NCBI GenBank assembly: GCA_030390025.1
Contig: CM059430.1
Location: 61,442,001 to 61,506,000 of the forward strand
DNA from: Squalus acanthias
Taxonomy: Eukaryota
Direction: 5' to 3'
Length of the DNA: 64,000 bases
Positions 1 to 13,600 of this stretch are shown here, in pieces. Below the pieces are notes generated by a model. It was not told the origin of the DNA. It was given only the letters and a program-made list of their open reading frames with translations, and ran no database searches. Positions within the stretch are counted from its first letter, which is position 1, and each line of letters opens with the position of its first letter. The translations under genes were made by a program, and so were the position numbers.

Positions 1-1757
1 CAAGGCATCCACTATCTCTTCAGCCACCTCTTTTAGAACCCTGGGATGTAGGCCATCAGCTCCATGGGAATTGTTAGCTTTTTGTCCCATTAGTTTCTTT
101 AATACTTTTTCTCTACTTATATTAATTACGTTAAGTTCCTCATCCTCATTAGACCCTTGGTTCCCCATCATTTTTGGTAGGCTGTTTGTGTCTTCTACTG
201 TAAAGGCAGATACAAAATATTTGTGTAACAATTCTGTCATTTCATTATTCCCCATAATAATTTCTTCTGTCTCAGCCTCTAAGGGACCAACATTTACTTT
301 TGCTACTCTTTTCCTTTTTACATACTTGTAGCAACTCTTACAATCTGCTTTTATATTTCTTGCTAGTTTTCTCTCATATTCTATTTTTTCCCTTTTAATC
401 AATTTTTTGGTCAACCTTTGCTGGTTTCTGAAACTCTCCCTATCCTCAGGCTTACTATTATTCTTTGCTACAGATTCTTTCAATCTAATGCTATCCTTAA
501 CTTCTTTAGTTAGCCACGGTTGGATCACTTTTCCCGTGGAGTTTATGTTTCTCAATGGAATGTACTTTTGTTGAGAATTATGAAATATTTCTTTAAATGC
601 TGACCACTGCTTATCTACCGCCATACCTTTTAATCTATTTTTCCAATCTGCCTTAGCCAACTCGCCCCTCATACCTATGTAATTGGCTTTATTTAAGTTT
701 AAGGCTCTAGTTTCGGACTTAGGCAATTCACTCTCAAAATTAATGTGTAATTCTATCATATTATGATCACTCTGCCCCAGAGGATCCTTTACTATGAGAT
801 TGCTAATTAACCCTGTCTCATTGCACAATACAAGATCTAAAATAGCCTGTTCCCTGGTTGGTTCCATGATATATTGTTCTAGGAAACTGTCCCGAATGCA
901 TTCCATGAACTTGTCCTCCAGACTACCTTTGCCAATGTGATTTGTCCAGTCTATATGAAGATTAAAGTCCCCCAAGATTATTGCATTACCTTTGTTGCAA
1001 GCTCCTACTATTTTTTGATTAATATTCTGTCCAACGGTATAGCTACTGTTAGGGTGCCTATATACTACTCCTACCAATGTTTTCTGCCCCTTGTTATTCC
1101 TTTTCTCCACCCATACTGATTCTACTTCCTGATCTTCCGAGCCAAGATCCTTTCTCGCAACTGTCCTTATGTCATTCTTTATTATCAGGGCTACTTCCAC
1201 TCCTTTTACATTCTGTCTCTCTTTTCGAAATGTCGAGTACCCTGGAACATTTAGTTCCCAACCTTGACTACCTTGCAACCATGTCTCTGTAATGGCTATT
1301 AGATCAAACCCATTTATTTCTATTTGTGCCACTACTTCATCTATCTTGTTACGAATTCTTCGTGCTTTCAATTAAAGAGCCTTTAATTTACATTTTTTTA
1401 CCATTATTCCCTGCTTTGACCTTATCCTCTGCTGCACTGCTACCATTAAACTCTCTGTCCCTTCCTGTCACACTCTGCTTATTTTTACCCACTCGCGACA
1501 CTGCTCCAACGCCTTGACCTTTCTCTTTAGATTTCTAAATTTCCCCTCACCTGACCCCTCCCCCTCTTTTTTAGTTAAAAGCCCTATCTACAGCCCTATT
1601 TATTCAATTCGCCAGGACGCTGGTCCCAGCCCGGTTTAAGTGGAGCCCGTTCCGATGGAACAGCTCCCTCTTACCCCAGTACTGGTGCCATGAATTAAAA
1701 CCCCTTTTTCCCACACCACTCTTTGAGCCACGCATTTAACTCTCTGATCTGCTTGAA
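1..1757 (-). mobile_element. CR1 LINE fragment (end of ORF1 esterase, APE endonuclease, start of RT region), degenerate
   Basis: Reverse complement matches the other CR1 copies in the window (ORF1 end HQYWGKREL...GLHLNRAGTSVLAN; endonuclease ...PLGxSDHN; RT-proximal ...DGLHPRVLKEVA), with stops and frameshifts. Confidence 0.85.
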
Positions 1758-2671
1758 TGTATTAAATAAAAATAAAGAACACAGTTAAATTGGTTCAGGC
1801 AAATACACAATTTTACAGCACGGATTCAAACGGCTACAATTATTTTATAGTGTTAATGAGCGTAAAGGAACATGCAGTAATAACAAACCTGCATTGATAA
1901 CCATCAGAACAGTGATGCACTGAAGCACAAAGCTCCCAAACATTGTCGAAAGTTAAAATCAAATTGATCACTTCCCGTGAATAAATATGTGGGTGATTCC
2001 GGTGAACGACACAGGTTCGCAGCTTAATTAATGAATTGTGGTGACATGAGTCAGGGAGCAGTGATCTGGGATCCACAGGGACAGCTCAGTGCATGAACTC
2101 CAAGTGGAGCCACTTGTAGCTCATGGGCAGCAAGAGTAAAGGAAGTATTTTATTTGAATTCAATTCAAGGTACCGGACTCTTGTAGCTGTTGAATAACGA
2201 AGGTTTGTCGTCAACATTAATTAACGAATGACAGTGCTGATGAAATGAACGGATTTTGTCAGTGCAATTTGTGATCGGAGATTGTAAGTACTCCAGGCTT
2301 TAGTTGTACTGGAGCGGTATCTGCTGGGTATTCCGTGTTATATTGCAGATTGAGCTCAGTCTGACCTGCAGCCATAACCTCCCCTCGCGGTAGTTAACTT
2401 TGAATGTTAGGGAATGGGAGAGTGAAGGGGCATCCATTCGTACTGTAGATTCCGTGGATGTTCTCAGGATCTTCGGTCATCGAAAATAAGTGGAACGGCG
2501 GAGAAATAGCTAAATGGCTAACAATGGCCATTTACCTGAACGTCAAGGGAACTGGGGCAGCAGACGAACAGGTTAAAGAAAAAGTTGATATCAGGCCTAT
2601 TTGCTGAATATAAAACATGGTAAATTAAATTCTTCTGGTTGCTCTGAGTAGCAAAGATTTGATCTGGAAGG

Positions 2672-3001
2672 AGTAAAAACAGAAAATGCTGGAAATACTC
2701 AGCAGGTCAGGCAGCATCTGTGGAGACAGTTAAGGTTTCAGGTCGATGACCCTTCGTCAGAACTAGAAAAAGTTAGAGATGTAACAGATTTTAAGCAAGT
2801 GCATGGGTAGGGAAAGGGGGGGGGGGAGAGGAGGAAAGAACAAAAGGGAAGGTCTGTGATAGGGTGGAAGGCAGGAGAGATTAACAAGGTAAAAGAGACA
2901 AACGGAAATTCCGTCGGAGAGAAGAGCAGAACTTCTTCAAGGTGGGCATTCCGAGAAGAGAAGAGGCAGTGAATTAAACACTAATACAAAAGTAAAATAC
3001 T
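2672..3001 (-). mobile_element. Non-autonomous Penelope-like element with 14-bp TSD
   Basis: TTTGATCTGGAAGG flanks both sides (2658-2671, 3002-3015); the interior is the AAAACAGAAAATGCTGGAAATACTCAGCAGGTCAGGCAGCATCTG terminal repeat that abuts GIY-YIG ORFs at 9.6-11.7 kb. Confidence 0.7.
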
Positions 3002-3666
3002 TTTGATCTGGAAGGTATTTCCGGCGAAATCATGTTCGCGTCCACAAGAAAAGCAACCAAAGCAACCCCCACCACGCCCACACATCCACACACACATTGG
3101 CTGCTGATATACTGAATGGCCCACGAAGCGGCTACGAGATTTCATATGTCATATATGACCCAACCATTGAACTGCAACTTGAATTATAAACTATTGATTA
3201 TGATGAAATAAAAATCATTAACATTTGCTATTTTTCAGAATTAACACCTTTTCCTTAATGTAAAAACATTTGATTTACCCAACTGCATTTAGGTTGCATT
3301 CGCTGAAGGATTCAAAATCTAATTTCTCGGAGCAACAGGAGAAACAACGGCAACAAATTGTTCGCACTCTCTCGGTCATTTCAACGTGAGAACGACATTT
3401 GATTTATATAGGATAATGTATAATATAATAGGTTAAAAATTTCGCATAAGTAAAGTGTATTACAGGGTAATTTGCATAGAGGGCTGCAGTAAAAATGAAA
3501 TTGCAGAAACCAGCGACGTATATTAGAAGTAATTCGGTAGAAAGCTTAGAACATCTGCGAGAAATAATGAAAATAGTTTAACATTACAGAAGTTTGTATT
3601 AATATTTTTGTATTATGCGAATTTATTCTGTGTGATACTGGCTAACACAGGGCTTAGATAAAGCCG

Positions 3667-4730
3667 TTAGGATTCTGCAACACCACTTGGAAGAAGCACT
3701 GAGAGTAGCAAGGGCACAGAATGTACTCTGGGTGGGGAACTTCAACGACAATCACCAAGAGTGGCTCGGTAGCACCACTACTGACCGAGCTGGCCGAGTC
3801 CTGAAGAACATAGCTGCCAGTCTGGGCCTGCGATAGGTGGTGAGAGAACCAACACGAGGGAAAAGCCTACTTGACCTCATCCTCACCAATCTACCTGTCG
3901 CAGATGCAACTGTCCATGACAGCATTGATAACAGTGACCACTTCACAGTCATTGTGGAGACAAAGCCCCATCTTCACACTGAGGACACCCTCCATCGTGT
4001 TGTGCTAAATGGGATAGATTCAGAACAGATCTAGTTGCTCAATACTAGGCATCCATGATGCGCTGTGGGCCATCAACAGCAGCAGAATTGTATTCCACCA
4101 CAATCTGTAACCTCATGGCCCGGCATATCCCTCGCTCTACCGTTACCATCAAGCCAGGGGACCAACCCTGGTTCAATAAGGAGTGTAGAAGAGCATGCCA
4201 GGAGCAGCACCAGGCGTACCTAAAAATGAGATGCCAACCTGGGGAAGCTGCAACACAGGACTACATGCATGCTAAAAGCGGAAGCAGCAAGCTATAAACA
4301 GAGCTAAGCGATCCCACAATCAACGGATCAGATCAAAGCTCTGCAGTCCTGCCACATCCAGTCGTGAATCGTGATGGACCATTAAACAACTAACGGGGGA
4401 GGAGGCTCTATGAATAGCCCCATTCTCAATTATCGTGGAGCCCAGCACGTGTGTCAAGGGCAGCAGGCGCATGAAAACACCACCACCTCCAAGTTCGCCT
4501 CCAAGTCACACATCATCCTGACTTAGAAGTAGATCGCCTTTCCTTCATCATTGCTGGGTCAAAATGCTGGAACTCCCTCCCTAACAGCACTATGGGAGTA
4601 CCTTCACCACACGGACTGCAGCGGTTCAAGAAGGCGGCTCACCACCACCTTCTCAAGGACACCTAGGGATGGACAATAAATGCTGGCCTTGCCAGCGACG
4701 CCCACATCCCATGAACGAATTAATAAAAAA
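3667..4730 (+). mobile_element. Second LINE family (CR1/L2 group, 'family B'), internally deleted
   Basis: APE motifs VREPTRGKSLLDLILTN...DSIDNSDH, then a jump to the 3' end (WNSLP and the ...GCCAGCGACGCCCACATCCCATGAACGAAT tail) shared with 6563-8940. Confidence 0.85.
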
Positions 4731-5152
4731 TGCTGCAAGCCAAAGCCGTGCAGACTGTGTTCAGTTTAAGACAATTTAATAAGCATTTACGTAAAGAATT
4801 GTGGATAGTTTGGAGACAGCATTTCAGGTTTACGTTGTTTTTATTCTGGAAAGATGTGGTATTTAAAACCATGCAAAATTGTCTTATATTTTACTGATAA
4901 GAAATTAAACGGGACTCACATTCCGGTGAGAATGAAGTTTATGCAGTACAACATTGCCATCTACTGTTGCAGTAGCGTATGATACGTCAGGTCACAGGAC
5001 AATAACCTCAGAATTTATAGTTTCAGAGCAAGGCAACTGACACTGCTTGTACTTTGTCTAAGGCCTATAAATAGGCAATGTTTTCAGTGGTTATTTGATA
5101 TTTCTAACTGAGAACTCGCCTGGGTTGGTTAGTAGTTTGCAGACCCCGACGG

Positions 5153-5231
5153 CTTCTCAAGGGCAATTAGGGATGGGCAATAAATGTTGGCCTTGCCAGC
5201 GACGCCCACATCCCATGAAGGAATAAAAGAA
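5153..5231 (+). mobile_element. 79-bp 5'-truncated family-B LINE tail with 12-bp TSD
   Basis: AGACCCCGACGG at 5141-5152 and 5232-5243 brackets the family-B 3' terminus. Confidence 0.85.
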
Positions 5232-6562
5232 AGACCCCGACGGATAGACGTCGTTTAAGTATATAGACGTGTAGACTTGCTTGTACTTTCTTTATACGTT
5301 AATAAAAGCAACCAGTGATTTATTTCTGGTGTCCCAACCTATATCATTTGAATTAACCTGCTCAGTTGATCTAACAATTTCCAGTCAGGTTCTCTTTGGC
5401 TGGTGTCATCTGTACAGTTTGGGTAAATTTATAAAACTATAAAGGCTATATTAATAAAAAAGAATAGCACTTTCAAATGTTTCAGATCAGGAGAAAAGAT
5501 TGCACAACTCTGGGTTCTTTCAAATATGTGCCTGCTTAATGTTTTTTTTGAGTTAGTTTGAGGAAATGCAGGTCTTAGAGCTGACCATCCAGTGAATACA
5601 AACCGCCTGAGAGAAGTGGATTCAGTTGCCCCTGAGTCCTGGACGAGTCAAGAGCACGCAGACTATTTTCACTAGAGTTATGATACGAACTTGAAAACTT
5701 TTCAAATTATATCATAGTCTCTGTTCTGCTATAAAAACGCTGACTGTGTAAATTTATATAGCTGAAACAATACCAAAGTTTAAATAATTGAAATAATTTA
5801 ACATTGTTACACAATTCGGTACATGTGCTTCGTAATTCGAAGCTGTAGATTGATTTTAGATTTCCACTGTTAATGGTATAGCATAAATATTAATGTGCCA
5901 TAACCTCGAACATATCTAATATATTAATAGAAACGTACGAATCTTGCTTATTGTATTTTGTAAATTGTGTTCCTATAACCGTGAGGCATCTCAGCCCCCC
6001 CGCTGTCTAGAATGTCACGTATCATGGACAACAAGCTTTGATCTAGTTCCGCTTTGGATTCTATTTTCCGGTTGCCTCGCTCCTCAGTAATCGATTCCTC
6101 AATCCAGCCTCACTTCTCTATACGAAATTGTTCCCTTCTGTCTGAGTCTGTAAATAGAAACTCGCTTTCGGCATATCTCCACCAATAGAGACATTCAGAT
6201 ATGAATTATCTTGAAAAAGAGGGGAGAGGATGGAATAGAACGCATTGCTTGTACCGGAGATCACACTGGTTCTTGAAGAGCTTGTGCCATTTGGAACACA
6301 GCATCATATCCGCACACAGAGCGGCAACAATGGAAAATACCTGCAAAAGTAATCCCAATGAACTTTATGCACTGATCCAAAACCCACTCATTGACAGAAA
6401 CTGGCAGCTTGCCAACAATGAACACAAAACTCTCATGGTTTGGGGGAAAACTGGTTTGTGTATAATCTGATGTGATCTGTGAAACAATGACGTGTGCGTA
6501 TACACAACTTAAACTAGAGTACCCGTAACCGAGTGTGAAGAGTAGGACGGAAGTCTGTGCTT

Positions 6563-8940
6563 CATGACTGGCTCGGTAGCAGCACTACTGACCGAGCTGG
6601 CCGAGTTCTGAAGGACATAGCTGCCAGTCTGGGCCTGCGACAGGTGGTGAGAGAATCAACACGAGGGAAAAATCTACTTGATCACGTCCTCATCAATATA
6701 CCTGTCGCAGTTGCATCTGTCCATGACAGTATTGGTAGCAGTGACCACCAAACAGTCATTGTGGAGATGAAGTCCCGTCTTCACACTGAGGACATGGTCC
6801 ATCGTGTTGTGTGGCACTACCACTGTGTTAAATGGGATAGATTCAGAACAGATCTAGCAGCTCAAAACTGGGCATCCATGAGGCGCTGTGGGCCATCAGC
6901 AGCAGCAGAATTGTATTTCACCTCAATCTGTAACCTCATGGCCCGGCATATCCCTCACTCTACCATTACCGTCAAGCCAGGGCACCAACCCTGATTCAAT
7001 AAGGAGTGCAGAAGAGCATGCCAGGAGCAGCACCAGGCGTACCTAAAAATGAGGTGCTAACCTGGGGAAGCTGCAGCACAGGACTACATGCATGCTAAAA
7101 GCGGAAGCAGCATGCTATAGACAGGGCTAAGCGATCCCACAATCAACGAATCAGATCAAAGCTCTCCAGTCCTGCCACATCCAGTTGTTAAAGGTGGTGG
7201 ACAATTAAACAACAAACGGGAGGAGGAGGCTCCTCAATGATGGTGGAGCCCAGCATGTGAGTGCAAAAGACAAGGCTGAAGCGTTTGCAACCATCTTCAG
7301 AAAGAAGTGCCGAGTGGATGATCCATATCGGTCTACTCCTGAGGACCCACCATCACAGAAGCTAGTCTTCACCTAATTCAATTCACTCCACGTGATATCA
7401 AGAAACGGCTGAGCGCACTGAATACAGTGAACGCTATGGGCCCCGACATCATCCCGGCTATTGTGCTGAAGACTTGTGCTCCAGAACTAGCCGTGCCTCT
7501 AGCCAAGCTGTTCCATTACAGCTACAACACTGGCATCTATCCGACAACATGGAAAACTGCCCAGGCATGTCCTGTCCACAAAAAGCTGGACAAATACAAT
7601 CGGGCCAATTACTAACCCATCAGTCTACTCTCAATCATCAGCAAAGTGATGGAAGGCGTCATCAAGAGTGCTATCAAGCACTTATTCACCTATAACTTGC
7701 TCACTACTGCCCAGTTAAGGTTCCATCAAGACCAATCGGTTCCCGACCTCATTACAGCCTTGGTCCAAACATGGACAAAGGAGCTGAATTCCTGACATGA
7801 GGTGAGAGTGACTGCCCTTGACATCAAGGCAGCATTTGACGGAGTGTGGCATCAAGGAGCCCGAGTAAAACTTAAGTCAATGGGAATCGGGGGGAAACTC
7901 TCCACTGGCTGGAGTCATACCTAGCACAAAGGAAGATGGTTATGGTGGATGAAGGTCAATCATCAGAGCCCCAGGACATCGCTGCAGGAGTTCCTCAGGG
8001 CAGTGTCCTAGGCCCAACCATCTTCAGCTGCTTCATCAATTACCTTCCCTCCAACATAAGGTCAGATATGGGGATGTTCACTGATGACTGCACAGTGTTC
8101 AGCACCATTCACAACTCTTCAGAAAATAAAGCAGCCCATGCCTGCATGCAACAAGACCTGGACGACGTTCAGGCTTGGGCTGATAAGTGGCAGGTAACAT
8201 TTGCACCACACAAGTGCCAGGCAATGACTACCTCCAACAAGCAATAGTTTAACCACTGCCCCATGACATTCAATGGCATTACCATCGCCGAATCCCCCAC
8301 CATCAACATCCTGGGGGTCACCATTCACCAGAAACTTAACTGGACCAGCCACATAAATACTGTGGCAACAAGAGCAGGTCAGAGGCTGGGCATTCAGCGG
8401 CGAGTGTCTCACCTCCTGACTCCCCAAAGCCTTTCCACCATCTACAAGGCACAAGTAAGAAGTGTGAGGGAATACTTTCCACTTGCCTGGATGAGTGCAG
8501 CTCCTACAATACTGAAGAAGCTCGACACCATCCAGGACATCCATCACCTTAAACATTCATGCCCTCCACCATGGGCGTATCGTGGCTGCAGTGTGTACAA
8601 GATGCACTGCAGCAACTCACCAAGGCTTCTTCGGCAGCACCTCCCAAACCCGCGACCTCTTCCACCTAGAAGGACAAGGGCAGCAGGTGCATGGGAACAC
8701 CACCACCTCCAAGTTCCCCTCCAAGTCACACACCATCCTGACTTGGAAATATATCGCCATTCCTTCATGGTCACTGGGTCAAAATGCTGGAACTCCCTCC
8801 CTAATAGCACTATGGGAGTACCTTCACCACACGGACTGCAGCGGTTCAAGAAGGTGGCTCGCCACCACCTTCTCAAGGGCAATTAGGGACGGACAATAAA
8901 TGCTGGCCTTGCCCACATCCCATAAATAAATACAAATAAA
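6563..8940 (+). mobile_element. Family-B LINE ORF2 (APE + RT), degenerate
   Basis: ORF pieces with [27 protein letters not shown](A/T)DD, WADKWQVTF and WNSLP; characteristic 3' tail. Confidence 0.9.
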
Positions 8941-9019
8941 GTAGCTTACCGAGTCTTCTCGATACCCAATATTGTCTGAAGTCAACCCAAGCCCACGCCA
9001 GACAATCCCGGAATAAAAC

Positions 9020-9190
9020 CAGAAACTGTGCAAACACTTAGCAGGTCCGGCAACATCTGCGGAGATGGAAACAGAGTTAACATGAAGTCATCGACCTGAA
9101 ACGTTAAATCTGTTTCTCTCTCCACAGATCCTGCCCGACCCGTTGAGTGTTTCCAGCATTTGCTGTTTTTATTTCAGATTTCCAGTACTT
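9020..9190. mobile_element. Penelope-derived foldback element
   Basis: Inverted copies of the Penelope-like terminal repeat around a degenerate ...TCGACCTGAAACGTT core. Confidence 0.6.
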
Positions 9191-9240
9191 TCTTTTGTAC
9201 CAAATATTTCCGTATTCTGTATATCTGTTGGAAATTTCCT

Positions 9241-9482
9241 TCAATAAAATACAAGGTAAGTTATGCTGAATGATATTGTTGGCCATGTCAATTGAGTTAG
9301 CAAATAGAACGTTCTGAGATTTGTTGGCGTCAATAGCAATAGAATGGACTGTCTGAACTTCGAACGTTGTACGAACAGCTTTAAACAAATGTAAAACAAA
9401 CTCAAGCTGAGGAGAACAACCACTGGCCACAGAGCGACACAACACCAAAGATAAAATGACTGAGATAGAAAACAAGACACAT
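9241..9482 (-). pseudogene. Possible orphan transmembrane exon of an IgSF receptor
   Basis: Acceptor ...TCACTGTACCAG, then phase-1 reading DVSCFLSQSFYLWCCVALWPVVVLLSLSLFYICLKLFVQRSKFR (hydrophobic run followed by basic residues). No clear donor or linked Ig exon found. Confidence 0.3.
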
Positions 9483-9561
9483 CTGGTACAGTGATTAGAT
9501 AATGACATGGTTTTCAATTCCTTACGATTATTGGAGGAAGGAAAGACGGAACGATAAGTAA

Positions 9562-11700
9562 TTGCAGAAAATGCCGGAAATATTCAGCAGGTCAGGCAGC
9601 ATCTGTGGAGAGAGAAACAGAGTCAACGTTTCAGATCGGTGACCTTTCGTCAGAACTGGAAAATCTTACAGCTGTAACAGGTTTTAAGCAAGTGCAGAGG
9701 CAGGGAAAGGGGGAGGAGAGGAACGCACAAAAGTGTAGTCCTGTGATGGGATGGAAGACAGGAGTGATTACATGAAAAAAGAGTGACGGTACAAGATAAA
9801 ATAGGCTGGTAATGGGACAAGTAAAGACACAAAAGAAATAACAACAGAAAGTGCTGGAAACACTCAGCAGGTCAGGCAGCATCGAGGAGAGAGAAATAGA
9901 GTCAACGTTTCGGGTCGAACCCTTCATCAGAAATGGAAAAGGTTAGGGAAGAGAGATTTTTAAGCAGGCGCAGGGAGGAGGGGAGAAACGAACAAAGGGA
10001 AGGTCTGTGATAGGATGGAAGGCAGGAGGGATTGACTGACAAACGGGATGATAGTGCAAGGCAAAAGGAAAGGTAATGGGACAAGTTAAGAAACAAAAGA
10101 TGGCTCTAGATGAGGTGTGAATGATGATCACAGCAACATTAACAGTTACCATGTGAGAAAAAAGAGAAAAGATTATATAAATAAATACAGGGGCCAATTT
10201 ATAGTCTGAAATTGTTGAACTCGATGTTGAGTCCAGAAGGTTGTAAAGTTCCTAATAGAAAGATGAGGTGCTGTTCCTCGAGCTTACGTTGAGCTTCGTT
10301 GGAACAATGTCAGAGGCCGAGGATGGAGAGATCAGAGTGGGAGTGGAGGGGAGAATGAAAGTGACAGGCGACCGGAAGCTCGGGGTTACGCTTGCAGACT
10401 GAACGGAGGTGTTCCGCAATACGGTTACCCAATCTCAAAAGAAACCCAAAAAGAAGCCCAAAAGAAACGAATGATGTGTCTAGAGGAGCTGTAAATGGCA
10501 ACAAAAGAATCATTACCAGCAACTGCTTTCCGAATAAATGGGAACAGTGGTTATGATCTGAAATTGTTGAACTCGATTTTGAGTCCAAAAGGTTGTAGCA
10601 TACTTAATCGAAAGATGAGGTGCTGTTCCTCGAGCTTCCGTTGAGCTTTATTGGAACCGTGTAGGAGGCCAAGAGCAGAGAGATCATAGTGGGAGTGGGA
10701 CGGAGAATTAAAATGGCAAGAGGCCAGAAATTCAGGGTCATGCTTGTGGGCTGAATGGAGGTGTTCAACAAAGCAATCATCCAATCTGCGTTTGGTCTCC
10801 CCAATGTAAAGGAGACCACAGCAGAAAATGCTGGAAACACTCAGCTGGTCAGGCAGCATCCGCTCTCTCCACCGATGCTACCTAACATGCTGAGTGTCTC
10901 CAGCATTTTCTGTTGGTATTTAAGATTTCCAGCATCTGCAGTATTTTGCTATTGTAGAGGAGTCCATAATGTTTGCAAGGAATACAGTATACTAAATTGA
11001 GAGAAGTACAAGTAAATTGCTATTTCACCTGGAAGGTGTGTTCGGGGCCTTGGATGGTAGGTAGGAGATGAATGGACAGGTGCTGCATCTCTTGCGCTTG
11101 CACGGGTAAGTGCAGTGGGAAGGGGGTAATTGAAGAGTGGTCCAGGGTGTCGCGGAGGTAACAAGGAGTATTTACCTTTTAATTCTCCATCCCACTCCCA
11201 CTCTGACCTCTGTCCTCTGCCTCCTACACTGTTCCAATGAAGCTCAACGGAAACTCGAGAACCAGCACCTCATTCTTCCATTAGACACTTTACAGCCCTC
11301 AATATTGACTTCCACGAATGCAGGTCATACCACTGCTCCAATTTTTTCAGACAACATGTGCAGGTAATGGTTCTGCTGTTATAATTTACACCTCCTCTAG
11401 ACCCATCTTTTGTTTTTTTACTTTTCCCATTACCACCAATTTTTGCCTTGCTCCATCATCTTTTTTGTCATTTAATCACTCCTGCCTTCCAATCTATCAT
11501 GGACCTTCCCTTTTTTTCTTTCCTCCCCTGCCCCCTTTCACTGCCACTTTCATAAATGCTTAAATCTCTAACTTTTTCCCGTTCTGACGAAAGGTAATCG
11601 ACCTGAAACGTTAACTTTCTTTCTCTCCACAGATGCTGCCTGACCTGCTGAATTTTCTGCTTTTCTTTCAGATTTCCTGTATCCGCAGTATTTTGCTTTT
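9562..11700. mobile_element. Cluster of Penelope-like element 3' fragments (GIY-YIG endonuclease and terminal repeats) in both orientations
   Basis: ORF 10551-10859(-) GLLYIGETKRRL...EH...CHFNSPSHS...RKLEEQHLIFRL...QPFGLKIEF is a GIY-YIG C-terminal region; a tandem partial copy lies at about 10200-10430; the upstream Cys-rich linker is at 10955-11120(-); a + copy is at about 11175-11700. Confidence 0.85.
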
Positions 11701-12100
11701 TTAACGGTTATGAGACTAGGGAAAAAACGAGTAGTTTGATGAGTCTGAAATTAAAAACAGCGAGAATATGGAAAGGAGAAAGAAATTCAGGACGCTGTGT
11801 TCTTATTTTGTATTAATGGAAGTGACTTTATAAAGTATTAATGTTACATCCTAAAAAATCTTTATTGTTTCTGTGAATCAGCTGTGTTTCCTGTATGCTT
11901 TATTTTCACAAGGCATCACAGGTGGACGCAAAAGACCCCATGATATTATTTCGAAAAAGAGCAGGGAATTATACCCGTGTACAAGCCAATATTTATCCCT
12001 CAATCAACATCACTAAAACATATTATCTGGTCATTATCACATTGCTGTTTGAGGAAGCCTGCAGGATGCAAATTGGCTGTTGCGTTTCCTACATTACAAC

Positions 12101-13600
12101 AGGCAACCATCGACCAGTTAGCCTAACATCTGTCATTGGGAAAATGTTGGAGTCCATCATTAAGGAAGTGGTAGCAAGACATCTAGAAAATCATAATATA
12201 GTCAAGCAGAGTCAGCATGGTTTTACGAAAGGGAAATCATGTTTGACAAATTTGCTGGAATTCTTTGAGGATGGAACGAACAGGGTGGATAAAGGGGAAC
12301 CAGTAGATGTCGTGTATTTGGATTTCCAGAAGGCATTCGATAAGGTGCCACATAAAAGGTTACTACACAAGATATGAGCTCACGGGGTTGGGGTAATATA
12401 TTAGCATGGATAGAGGATTGGCTAACTAACAGAAAACAGAGTCGGGATAAATGGATCATTTTCAGGTTGGCAAACTGTAACTAGTGGGGTGCCGCAGGGA
12501 TCAGTGCTGGGGCCTGAACTATTTACAATCTATATTAATGACTTGGATGAAGGGACTGAGTGTAATGTAGCCAAATTTGCTGATGATGCAAAGATAGGCG
12601 GGAAAGCAAATTGTGTGGAGGACGCGAGGTTATCCACTTTGGTAGGGAAAATAAAATAGCAAATTATTATTTAAACGGGGAGAGATTACAAAATACTGAG
12701 GTACAGAGGGATCTGGAGGTCCTTGTACATGAATCTCACAAAGTTAGCATGCAGGTACAGCAAGTAATTAGGAAGGCAAATGGAATGTTGGCCTTTATTG
12801 CAAAGGGAATGAAGTATAAAAGTAGGGAAGTCCTGTTATAACTGCACAGGGCGTTGGTGAGACCACACCTGGAGTACTGCGTACAGTTTTGGTCTCCTTA
12901 TTTAAGGAAGGATATACTTGCATTGGAGGCAGTTCAGAAACGATTCACTAGGTTGATTCCGGAGATGAAGGGGTTGTCTTATGAAGAAAGGTTGAGCAGG
13001 TTGGGCCTGTACTCATTGGTGTTTAGAAGAATGAGAGGGGATCTAATTGAAACATATAAGATTCTGAAGGGGCTTTACAGGGTAGATGCAGAGAGGATGT
13101 TTCCCCTCGTGGGGGAATCTAGGACTAGGGGGCATAATTTCAGAATAAGGGGGCATCCTTTTAAATCGGAAATGAGGAGGAATTTCTTCTCTCAGAGGGT
13201 CGTGAATCTTTGGAATTCTCTTCCCCAGAGAGCTGTGAGGCTGGGTCATTGAATATATTTAAGGTGGAGATAGACAGATTTTTGAAAGGTAAGGGAGTCA
13301 AGGGTTATGGGTTACCAGTTCCTGCTTTTTCCCAGTTCTGACGAAAGCTCATCGACCTGAAACGTTAACTCTGTTTCTCTCTTCACAGATGCTGCCTGAC
13401 CTGCTGAGTATCTCCAGCATTTTCTGTTTTTATTTCAGATTTCCAGCATCTGCAGTATTTTCTTTTTGTATAAGGGTTATGGGGAGCGGGCAGGGAAGTG
13501 GAGTTGAGGCCAAGATCAGCTCAGCCATGATCTTATTGAATGGCGGAGCAGACTCGAGGGACCAAATGACCTACTCCTGCTCCTACGTCTTATGTTCTTA
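12101..13600 (+). mobile_element. 5'-truncated CR1 LINE (RT region and tail)
   Basis: RPVSLTSVIGKMLE, QHGFTKGKSCLTNL, YLDFQKAFDKVPH, RPHLEYCVQFWSP, WNSLP; tail ...CCTACTCCTGCTCCT...TTATGTTCTTATG. Confidence 0.92.
13312..13471 (+). mobile_element. Penelope-like terminal-repeat insertion inside CR1, 12-bp TSD
   Basis: AAGGGTTATGGG at 13300-13311 and 13472-13483; contains CTGACGA...GAAACGTT hammerhead-like core. Confidence 0.8.

Noticed and set aside
1760-2640. Unique segment that might hold a terminal exon
   Set aside because: No convincing splice sites or motif-bearing open frame in the frames examined.
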